Assembly (NCBI RefSeq): GCF_964213995.1
Contig: NC_135813.1
Span: forward strand, 81,034,001 to 81,098,000
Origin: Mustelus asterias
Taxonomy: Eukaryota
Direction: 5' to 3'
DNA: 64,000 nt
This document shows positions 13,401-25,400 of the stretch, one piece after another. The translations under genes and the position numbers were made by a program. The number at the start of each line of letters is the position of its first letter. Positions within the stretch are counted from its first letter, which is position 1. The notes beneath the pieces are model-generated. The model was not told where the DNA came from and did no database searches. It saw only the letters and a program-made list of their open reading frames with translations.

Positions 13401-16400
13401 GGACTGTGAGGATGATGAGATATACCTGGGTGAACAAGATCAGTAATACCGCCAGGTGTGACATTAGGCGAACAAATGGGTGTATTTGAATGTTTGAACC
13501 CCAGTTCCAAAGATCATCCCACCATGTGGTGGCCTTAATTTTGTTAATTTTCCTTTTCACCTCTTGGGTTTGCTGAATTGCTTTGGTGAAGGTTGTGTGG
13601 GCTGTAGTCAATTTTATCCAAATCTTGTTTAATTCCTTTGGTAGGGGTTTTAGGCTTGTGTCGTATTTCTCATGGTACTCCCCTAGAGTCTGTCGGAGCT
13701 CATCAGTGGCGTTTAAATCTACCCTCTCCAACTTGTAAATATCTATTAGTTGAATGAGACCACCCTGGCTGGTATGTCTGGTATGATGCAGAATGTTGTG
13801 TCGGTAATGTTGCGATGTGTTGTGCCATACTGATGTTATTTCAGGGAGATGGTAAGACAGGAATTCCCTGCTCCCTTGCAAGCTACTGAGTTATGTCTGT
13901 GTCCAGGCTACGAGCTTCTACTGAGCAATTTAGACGAGTGTTTGTTCTGAAGCCACATACTGCATGCTCATTTAAGTAAACTGGATACGGGCATGTGATT
14001 ATTTCGTCAGTGTGCTGCCATCTGTCCAGAGTAGTGCCTATGAGTCTCCCGTCTTTCTCCACTGCATGAGATAAAGTGCCGTCGTACCCTATCCAGATAT
14101 CCTCCTGGAGAGTCCCTATATTTTCTACTTCAAAAACCCTCAGTCCAACCCGGTCGTCAGTGATTATGGGGATCCCTAATATAATTCCCAGGGCTTTCCC
14201 TGGAGTCCCTTTGCAGTTGTCATTGAACCAACTGTCAACTGTCGCATCTGGCAGCCAGATCACTTTGGGTGTTCTTACCTGTGAATAGGTGTTCCATCTG
14301 CTCGTCACTAATCCAAGACGGAACCTGTCTGCTGCGTACCTGTTCTAGGTTTTCCCTTAGCTCCTCTATCATCCACAGTCCATATGCACTACATAAAGTC
14401 CAGTTCTGTTGTCGGTCATTATCCTCCAATTTTTCCCTAATTGGTTGATTGTCTTGGCATGTCCTTCTATTACAGCAACCATGTGGCTGCTGGTGGCATT
14501 CCCGGTCAGTTCCCCTTCAGCATCTTGCGGATTGCTCTCATTAATGGAATTTAATGTCTGTTTAAACTGTCGGGTCAGAATCTTCAGTTTATTGTCCAGG
14601 TCGGCTAAATCAAGGGCATTGATGGTTGCTACCCCTACCCCGTATGTTGTGGCCATGTCATTAACTAACGTTCTCTTGGATCTTTCCTGTCTTTCGTCCA
14701 TTCCTATCTTTCGTCTTAACAGTCTGTGAGTCAGGTGGAGGTATAGTCTCAAATTGGGGAGAGTACCACTCTGGCAGTTGGGTCCCAGCTATATCCACCA
14801 CCACAGGTATCAATTCATGGTGTATGTTGTCATATAAGGCTTTCCCTGTGTGTTTTAGTATCAATCTGTTCTGTGATCCGGGCTGGCTTCAGGACAAATA
14901 GAGTGGAATGATTTGGGGTTGACTTCAGCCCCTTCCTTATTTCATACGGGGCAAAATTCCCTTCTGTGAGTGTCCCGGGGCACTGCTGCCTTAGTTCTAA
15001 TTCTTTTTCTGGGCTATTAGCCAGACATCCAATTTTGGGACACCCATTATTTGAAAATCCCCACCAATCCCCTGTTACGGTGACACTCATAACATTCAGC
15101 TGAACTGCCATTTGGATTTTTGTATATCAGCCGCTGGTTGTTACACCCAAACATTATACTCCTATTAGGATGCACCCATAACACCCTATCCTCACAATTC
15201 CCCACGTCTGGTGGGGCAAACCATAAGTAGCCGGGATACAAAAAGTTAATCTTGCTTGGGGTGTCCTGCGTGTTTATCCTGATGATGAATCTGATGAGGT
15301 AGATCCTAAGTTGCATCTTAGTCGTCGTCCGTTGTTGTCCTGAAGCGATCGACTTAATTTCTACTGTTATCGCGTCTAATATTTGATGTATATATATGTA
15401 TTTAAACTGTCCATGCCCGCCCTCTTTTGTTTTTCGATAGTGGAGTGATCAGGAGGACCTGAGTTCATCGATTTTCACTGGTGTTTGGGTTTTTTTTGTT
15501 TCAATTGGAAATCATTACCAAGCAAAATTTCTGTTCAGATTGACAAATGTACGAGTCGTGGAGTGGTCGGAAAAAAGCTTGTTTATACTGGCCAGCAAAA
15601 TCAAGGCTTTATTTTATAAGTTTTTATTTTATCAGCAGTCACCATTGGTCCTAGGGATTTAAACAGCATTGGAATCGGTCTAGCATGACCCTTGACACTA
15701 TCCAGACAAAGCAGCCTGCTTGATTGGCACCCCATCCACGAAGATCCATCCCACTGACGCACAGTGGCAGCAGTGTGTACCATCTGGAAGATGCACTGCA
15801 GGAATTCACCAAGGTTCCTTAGACAGCACCTTGCAACCCCACAACCATTACCATCTAGAAGGACAAGGCAGCAGACACATGGGAGCACCACTACCTCGAG
15901 AGAGAGAGAGAGTGTGTGTGCGCGTGCGTTCGTTCGTTCCAACATTTGGTACAACTAGCCTAACCAATTATTTGTTTAGATCTAACATTAGCTTGTACAC
16001 TAACCTTTAAAAAAATTATGGTTCTGACCCTTTAAATGCTTTTGCTGTTTGTTAAAGTTTGGCATTTGCTTTATGTGCTTCTTATTTATCTCCCAAAATG
16101 TATCGCTTCACATTTCTCTCTATCGAATTCTAATTGGCATCTATCTGCCAATTCTGTCATCTGTTTATTGTCGCCCTCAAGTCTGTTACGAGATCCAACT
16201 TAATTTCTCATTGGCCAAAAGTCAGAAACTCCAAGTCCCGATAGACCTCAGGAGTTTCCCTGCATGCGCAGTCCAGGAATGGGCTACATGTGCAGCACAA
16301 CGTTAACATTCCCTGCGCTCCTGGTTGGGGAAAAAGGAATGGTGTGAAAATCGGATCATGTGACCCAGTAGCTGGGCACCATAAATTGAGAAGAGCCCTG

Positions 16401-19400
16401 AACGGGCTGAGGGGATAGGGAGGGATCCCAACAGAGGAGTGCCAGACAGGGTTAACAAGAAGGAAAGAAAGAGAGGAGTTAAGAAAGAGATTCCAACCAG
16501 AAAAAGGGCTGCGGTTGGTATCATTTAAGTAATGGGGCCTTGGGAGAAGCCCTGAAGATCCAAGAAAGCATCAGAAGATTGATGACTCCAGGCTGTTGGG
16601 GTGCAGACAACCCTTTGGGGCAGCAGTGTTCTGCTCGGTATGGCCGAAGAACTGAAGTTGTTTTAAAATCTATTTCACAGCATGTGGGTGTAATTGGCTA
16701 AGCCAGCATTTATTCCTCATCCTAATGGCCCTTGAGGATGTGGATGTAGTTAGCTAGGACAGCATTTATTCCCAATCCCTAATGGCCCTTGCAAATGTGG
16801 TGATGAGCCAGCTCCTTGATCTGCTGCAGTCCATGTGGTGTACCCACAGTGCTGTTTGGAAGAGAGTTCAGGATTTTGACTCAGAGTGAAGGAATGACGA
16901 TTATAGTTTCAAGTCAGGATGGTGTGTGTCTTGGAGGAGAAATTGTAAATGGTGGTGCATCTGCTGCCCACGTCTTGCTGGTAGAGGCCATGTGTTTGTG
17001 AGGTGCTGTTGAAGGAATCTTGGTGAGTTGTTGCAATGCATCTTGTACATTGTACACACTACTGCCACTGTACAGGTACAGTGGTGGTGGAGAGAGAGAA
17101 TGTTGAGTGGGTGTCAATCATAGAATCCCTACAGTGTAGAAGAAGGTCCATTCAGCCCATCGAGCCTGCACTGACAACAATCTCACCCAGGCCCTATCCC
17201 CATAACCCTACCTAATTACCCTGCTAATCCCCCTGACACTAAAAGCCAATTTAACATGGCCAATCCACCTAACCCGCACATCTTTGGAGTGTGGGAGGAA
17301 ACCGGAGCATCGGGGGAAACCCACACAGACACGGGGAGAATATGCAAACTCCACACAGTCACCCGAGGACGGAATTGAACCCAGGTCCCTGGTGCTGTGA
17401 GGCAGCAGTGCTAACCACTGTGTTACCATGCCACCCTAAAGTGAGTTGCTATGTCCTGGATGGTATCAAGCTGCTTCTCGAGTGTTGCTGGAGCTGCACT
17501 CATCCAGTAAGTTGATGCTGGAGTGCAGATTTGGGAATCCAGAGGAACAGAGCCTTGGGAGGCGAGATTGAAACTGTGATTTGGGCCATTGTTGAGGCCT
17601 TGTGAGTTGGCGTGACTTTTGGAGAGAATTCCAAAGTGAAATCTTCCTGAACATTGACTCAGTCTTTTCTAACATTTCGTGAGTTGAGAAATTTGTAGAA
17701 TCTGTCTTGACTGCATCTGCCATTTATTGTGCAGTTTGATGTTTGACTGCAATTTGCCTCTTAATTCACAGGTACTTCATTTTAACCCTTAATATTAATG
17801 AGCGACATTGTAAATTGTTTTATCCTTCTGATCTTGTCTACCAAAGTTTATTTCAAAACCAGTGGAATCCCTTGTGGCTTTATTCTCTTAGCAAGTGTGT
17901 TGGATCTCAAACTTTGTTGATGTTAAACAAAACGTCATTGGTCTCTAACTGGATTGTACAAAACATCTAGTCCAGGATCATGTCGTAAACATACCCTCTC
18001 CACTGTAAACCAGGTCTTTTATTTGAATGTATTCTGCAAATTCTGATGCAAGTCTAAGTCCAGATTATGTATGTCGAGATGTGTAATGATCCCAGTACTG
18101 ACTCCTGGGGACACAGCTACTTGTATCTCTTCAATCCAACACTTTTACAAACCACTACCATCTGTTTTCTGTTTTTGAACCAACTTGGTTTATGTTGCTA
18201 TATTTCTGTTACTATAATATGCTTTAATTTCCATTAACCAATCTTCTACACAGCATCTTCTGAAACGCCTTTTGAGAATCAATGTACATAACATGCACTG
18301 CATTTTCTTAATTAGTACAGTTATTTTCTCAAAGAACTCTCACTTTGTCAGACGCAACTTGTCTTTCATAAATTAGCTGACCTTAATTACCCGTACAACT
18401 TTCAAAGTGAATATTCATTTTAACCCATATAATAAGCTCTAGAAACTCGCCTACTACCACCTTCCTCTACTAATTTCCCATCTGTTAGCTCATTAGCAAT
18501 GAGACTGAATGAATTCACGCCATTGTTGCTTCAATCTTCTCCATCTCTTTTTGAGATAAGTCATTCTTTGATATTGTGCATCCAAAGATTCCTTGGTCTT
18601 CCTTGGCTTGTTATATATTCTTCTTTGTGCAGGGTCATGTTTCTCTTATTGAAACGGGCCCAAACCATCATGGTCAACTTCTGGGATCTTCTGCTATGAT
18701 TTTATACCATTCCTGATTCTTTGCGTCATGGCTCCTCCCTCTCAACTAACTCATTCTTGCTGTTAACATCTTGCTTGTCAACTTTTCTCCTATTCCTGTA
18801 AAATTATCTGTATAATATGAGGAATAACTATCATTTCAATAAACTCTTACTTTTATTTTTAGTGAATATATTTAGCCTTCCATGTCCTGCTAATTATCAA
18901 AAAGCAGAATATGCTGGCCGAATTCTTTCAATATCTTTTTCACAGCTTTCATTTTCTGACTGATACCTGTCAAGTTCTGCAACATTTTCCATATGTTCAG
19001 TTGTATCCCCTATAATTGCTAAATATACATTGAATGATTGCTAATAATCTGTGACTTTACTGGTCAAATCATTCCAACTTTGAGAAAGTAAATAATCCAT
19101 ACTAGAAGTCTGAGAGTTGCATTCACTCATCAGGATTCATCCGCTTGAAAAAATAACATAAACAGGCACTGGACTCCTTATCTGGTGTCCCAAAATTCTG
19201 AAGGACCCGAAGACTGTGTTCCACCTTGCAAGTCCCTGTCAGCATTGCTGCCGTCACATCTAGGTTCTGGCACTATTTGGATCAGGCCTTTAAAATCATA
19301 GAATCCTGCAGTGCAGAAGGAGGCCATTCGGCCCATCGAGTCTGCACTGACCACAATCCCACCCAGGCTCTATCCCCCATAACCCCATGCATTTACCCTA

Positions 19401-22400
19401 GCTAATCCCCGTGACACTAAGGGGCAATTTGCATGGCTAATTCACCTAACCCACACAACTTTGGACTGTGGGAGGAAACCGGAGCACCCAGAGGAAACCC
19501 ATGCAGACACGGGGAGAACGTGCAAACTCCACATAGACAATGACCCAAACCGGGAATTGAACCCAGGTCCCTGGTGCTGTGAGGCAGCAGTGCTAACCAC
19601 TGTGCCCCGTGCCGCCCCTTTGTTATCCCATGTTGAAAATAACAGTGTGGAAGGTGGCCTGGTCCAACTCTCATCCCTTCCCTGGGGAAGAGAAATCAGC
19701 TTGGCTGTAAGATTTAATAAATTATTATCCTATTCTGCCCAGCCCCCCCAAAATCCACAAATCCAGGACCCATCCGTCCAGGGCTTCCTGGATTCGGGGT
19801 CCGGTACCTGCCTTTTGCTGCATCCAACTTAACATTATTGTGACATCACCAATCAGGATTGGGTAAGAACAGTTCTCCATATTCTATTCTGATCCTCATC
19901 TTCAGCATTTCAATTTATTGACTATTCTTATTTCCACTGGTCCTTCTCCATTAATCTGGTGATCTGGGTTTACCTTGTTATTCTTTTTCTCCCTCTTTTG
20001 AATAGAGTCACATTGGCAAGTCTCTACGTCTCTGGTACAACTTCCTTATTACATGGAACGTACAGCCCAACTGTTCTATGCAGCAATTTGGTTTCCATAC
20101 CAGCCTTCTCCCTTGTGTGATTATCTAGCATCCCTTTAAAGGCATGGTATAGTTCAAGCTCACTTGTGCAATCAGTTCTATGACAATGTATTAATAGAAA
20201 CTGCCATTTATAATCAAAATCCTGCTGTGTCATTGTACAGTTATTCTATATTAGTGTGGCCCTGGTTTAAGTAACAATGTCAATTGTAGTAAATTAGTTA
20301 GAGTAAATATTAGATATCCATTTCCAAGAATGGAAAACATTACACGGCCAGATGACATGATACAGGATTAACTTCCATCCAGATTTATTTTCAGATAAAA
20401 TCATTCAGAAGCAAAATCATAAGCGAAATACTTACTAACCAGCAATTTAAACAATACTCGATCAATAGTTGAGTCCATAATTCTTCTAGCTTTCCTCAAT
20501 AAGCTTAGATACCATCTTTATTAATATGGAAAAGGATGTTTGTAAGATTAGTCACTGCTATTTCCTGACTTCATTTTTACCCTAACCGTAACGCCAGTGT
20601 CTTTTCTACTGTGTTCCATTCATTTTTTTAGTACAGATTCATTAGCCATTGATTTAATTTGGCATGGTATGATGTACTAAATAACTTGAGTTGTAATACC
20701 TATATTTATTTGATGCCAGATATTATCTTAACCTGTGTATATTATAAACTTGTATATCCATCAATAACAATTGTTATAGAGCTCAATATTTCTTTGAATA
20801 TGTAGAGCACTTGCATTAAAGAGAACCGTGGTCAGATCGTGGCATATAGTCCACAGTTAGGATTTTCATGGGGGAGGGAAATTGCAAGGATAATGCCAGA
20901 ACCAAGAGGTTATAATTATTAGGAAAGGGTGAACAGGCTAAGGCTCTTTTCTCTCAAAGAGAAAGCTTAAGAGTGGCCCAATAGCGATGTTCAAAATTAT
21001 GAAGTAATTTGATAGGATCATAAAACAGAAGGTGCGTGTGCGTGCGTGCGTGTGCGCGCACGTGTGTGTGTGTGTGTGTGTGTGCGTGTGAGAAGAGGAT
21101 GTGTTCGTGGCCATAAATATAAGATGGTCACTAATAACTCCGTAAGACATAGGAGCAGAATTAGGCCACTCAGTCCATCAAGTCTGCTCCTCCATTCAAT
21201 CATGGCTGATATTTTTCTCATCTCCATTTTCCTGCCTTTTCCCCATAACCCCTGATCCCCTTATTAATCAAGAATCTATCTATCTCTGTCTTAAAAACAC
21301 TCAATGACCTGGCCTCCACAGCTTTCTGCGGCAAAGAGTTTTACAGATTCACCACCCTCTGGCTGAAAAAATTATTCCTCATCTCTGTTTTAAAGGATCG
21401 TCCCTTTAGCCTGAGGTTGTGCCCTCTGGTTTTAGTTTTTCCTGCGAGTGGAAACATCCTCTCCATGTCCATTCTGTCCAGGTGTCGCAGTACCCCTCAT
21501 CCTTCTAAACTTCAACTAGTAGAGACCCAGAGTCCTCAACCATTCCTCATACAACAAGCTCTTCATTCCAGGGATCATTCCTGTGAACCTCCTCTGGATC
21601 TTTTCCAAGGCCAGCACATCCTTCCTTAGATATGGGGCCCAAAATTGTTCACAATACTCCATCTGCCACTTCTTTGCCCACTCTCCTAACCTGTCCAAGT
21701 CCTTCTGCAGCCCTCCTGCTTCCTCAACACTACCTGTCCCTCTACATATCTTTGTATCATCTGCAAACTTAGCAACAGTGCCTTCAGTTCCTTCTTCCAA
21801 ATTGTTGATGTATATTATAAAATGTTGTGGTCCCAGCACCGACCCCTGAGGCACACCACTAGTCACTGGCTGCCATCCTGAAAAAGACCCCTTTCTCCCC
21901 ACTCCCTGCCTTCTGCCAGTCAGCCAATCCTCTATCCATTCCAGGATCTTACCCATAACATCGTGGGCTCTTAACTTATTTAACAGTCTCGTACGCGGCA
22001 CCTTGTCAAAGGTCTTTTGGAAATCTAAATAAATCACATCCACTGGTTCTCTTACAGGGAATTCAGGAGAAACCACTTTAGCCAGAGCAAGACTAGGGTA
22101 TGGAACATACCACTACATAGAGTGGTTGAGGTGAATAGCATTGATGCATTTCAGGGGAAGCTGCATAAATATGAAAGAAAAGGGAATAGGAGGATATGCT
22201 GGTGAGATGAAGTAGATTGGGAGGAGACTCATGTGGAGCATTAACACTGGCTTGAATGGTCAATTTGTGTGCTGTACCTCATTATCCCTGTGTTCATATT
22301 AAATTTGTTTTCCTTTAGGACTATCTTATTGGAGGCGGGATGAAGGGGAGCTGTACTACCCTTTACCAAAGAACAAGGAGACTGACCCTGCTGACATATT

Positions 22401-25400
22401 TTTTCCCACCAAAACTGTTGACAGATGTCAGGTATGTAAAAAAAAAGGCTTTATTAATCGGTCAAATATTGTTCAGTTATTTGAAATGGGAGGTCTTTGT
22501 ACCTCAGGAAAAGCAAGCATATGTAAAACTGTTGATTTTCCCAGTTGTGTGTTTTCTTCACAACTTATCTTCTTGTATGCCTTGAATCCTCACTGCATAC
22601 ATGTATATTTTGAAGTGGAAATGCATCAATATGCCCAGCTTTCCAGGCATTATATAATCAAACTAATTTTTCCTTTTCTTCCTTGTGAGCATAAACAGTG
22701 GCTGTTCTTGAGTGGAATTGAAGTGGAAAAACAAAGAGTGAGCATAGGATCTGTTATATTATTGGGGCAAGGCCAGTAGAAATGAGAATGGATAACAATT
22801 GAAGTGTTGAATCAGATATAGAGTAAAGAAAGCAGATTATACTCCATCCTGTTCTGTCATGATTATATTTTGCTGCATCTGACTTAATTATTTTCTGTGT
22901 CTGATAATTCCTGTTAATTGGGTATGATAGGTGAACATGGTGGTGCAACTGTCACAACTTACGATTTGGACTATTTGTTTTTTTTTAAAGTTGCGGTAGA
23001 TTGTCAGAAAAGTCATTATTGTGTCTGGGTCACAACATTCTTATCGCAGCTCCGAGTACGACTTACATTGACCAGTCTTACATTGGCATAGTGTTTTGGG
23101 ATGGGCTTTATGTTAAAGATGTAATTATTTTTTTACATTAAACTGCTTTTTTCTGTCAGTTTTGATTCACAGCACCAGTTTTACCTAAAAAATAAGGAAC
23201 ATTGAGGTGTGATGCATTTTGCTCAGTAACTCTTATGAGGAATGTGAGACTTCAGTTATCTTCAAAAATTCCTTCTTGGGATGTGAGCTTTGTGGGCAAG
23301 GTCAGCAATTCATTACCCATCCCTAATTTCCCTTGAGAAGGCAGTGATCACCTCTTGAACTCCATGTTACGCAGGTGGACCCATTGTGCTGTTAGAAAGA
23401 GAGTTCCAGGATTTTGATCCATCACCAGTGAAGGAACAGCATCCTGACTTGGCACCATGTGTGTGACTTGGAGGGAACTTGCAGATGGTGGTATTTCCTT
23501 GCAGTTGCTGTCCATGTTCCTTTAGATGTTAGAGGGTTGCAAGGAAAACTCCGCAATACACTTGTAGATTGTACACACTGCTGCCACTGTGTGTGCCAGT
23601 GATAAAAGCTTTGAAATGTTTAAGATGGTGAATGGGCTGACAATCAAACAGACTGCTTTATCCTGGATGCTTTTGGGCTTCTTCAGTGTTGTTGGAGTTG
23701 CAGTCATCCAGCCAAGTGGAGAGTATTCCAACAGACTCCTTGTGTTTTGTAGATGGTGGACATGATTTGGGGAATCAGGAAGTGACTTACTCACTGCAGA
23801 ATTACTATTTTCTGACCTGCTCTTGTAGCCACAGTATTTATATGGCTGTTCCAGTTCAGTTTCTGATTAGTGGTAGCCCCTGGCTGTAGATGATGGAAAT
23901 TCAGTGCTGGTAATGTCTGGTGTGTCACTAGGACGTGATTGGATTCTCATTGCCCAGCAGTTGTGTGGTGTAAATGTTACTTGCTAATTATCAGCACAAG
24001 CCTGAATGTTGTCCTAGTCATGTTGCATGTGGGCATAGACTAGTTCATATCTGATGAGTTGCAAATGGTACTGAACACAATCATCAGTGAACATCCCCAC
24101 TTCTGGCCTTATGATGGAAGGGGTCATTGATGAAGCAGCTGAATATGTTTGGGTTTAGGAGACTACACTGAAACAACATCCTGGGCTGAAATGATTGGCC
24201 TCCAATAGCTGCAACCATCTTTTATTTCCATTGACTTTAACTTTACTAGGTCTCCTTATCCAGTTCTTCTGTCCATGTTTGGACCAAGGCAATGATGAGG
24301 TCAGGAGCAGGGTAGCCCTGGCGGAACTCAAACTGAGCATCATGAGTAGGCTGTTGCTGAGTAAGTGCCCTTGGTAGCAATGTTGATAACACCTTCCTTG
24401 CTGATAATTGATGGAGCAATAATTACTTGGTTGGATTTGTCCTGCTTTATGTAGACGTGCATTCCTGGTCATTTTCTACATTGTTGGGTAAATGCCAATG
24501 TTGTAACTGTACTGGAATAATTTGGCTAGGGACCAGTGGTGCTGAAGTAATTATTGTTGGGATGTTGTCAGAGGGCCTGTATCCTTTGCTGCATCCAATG
24601 CCTTCTGTTGTTTCCTGATATCACATGGGGAAAATTGAAGAGGTCTAAAGACTGGCATCATTGATGATGGGGACCTCAGGAGGAGATGGAAAGACTAGAA
24701 ATTCTGGGATTCTTTTCCTTGGAGCAGAAAAGATTATGGGGACATGATAGAGATGTTCAAAATCATGCAGGATTTTATTAGAGTAAAGGAGAAAATGTTT
24801 TCAATGACAGAAAAATCAGTAACTATAGGATGTGGATTCATCGTAATTGACAAACCCATAGTTGAAATGAGAAAAAACAATTATGCTGTAGAAATCACTG
24901 CTTGAAATGGTGGTGGGAGTCAATTCAACAGAAACTTTGAAAAACACTTGAGGGAAATTTGCCAGCAATATGTGGGGAAAGATAGGCAAATGGGACTAAT
25001 TGGAATCTTTTTCAGTGAGCTGGCACAGTTGATGGATTGACTGGCTTCCTTCTATGCTGTATCATTCAGTGATTATTGGAAATCGTGAAGTCTTAACATC
25101 TTAATTTGCAAATTCCCCATCATAGTGCACGAGTAGGTATCAGTCAGCTAGGAGTGATAGAAGATAATTGGCAATATAAACTTCAAAAATTAGAATTCAC
25201 TCCATGGTAATCATCACAACTAAGAGTTTTTAACCTGGCCACTATACCATGGCTCTTGATTTCATGCATGGAGTAGTTTTATAATAACAGGCTTATTATA
25301 TAAAAGATATAGATGACTATGTAGGGGGTAGGATTAGTAAATTTGCGGATGACACAGAGATTGGCTGGGTGGATAACAGTGAGGCCGAGTGTCTTGGGCG

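Larger units (their letters stand above)
9557..15690 (-). mobile_element. 5'-deleted endogenous retrovirus-like element: possible integrase tail, env, PPT and interrupted 3' LTR
   Basis: On the minus strand: env-like ORF fragments 15316-13327, then PPT AAAAGGAGGGA (12961-12951), then an LTR starting TGTGG at 12949 and ending CAACA at 9557 once the nested CR1 and Penelope insertions are removed. Confidence 0.8.

Noticed and set aside
13327-15316. Domesticated (syncytin-like) functional env at this locus
   Set aside because: Multiple frameshifts and stops; this copy is a pseudogene unless these are assembly errors, which is unlikely given the intact adjacent Penelope ORF.
19560-19617. tRNA genes suggested by A/B boxes
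   Set aside because: They are SINE heads, always fused to the V-domain, and do not form a full cloverleaf.
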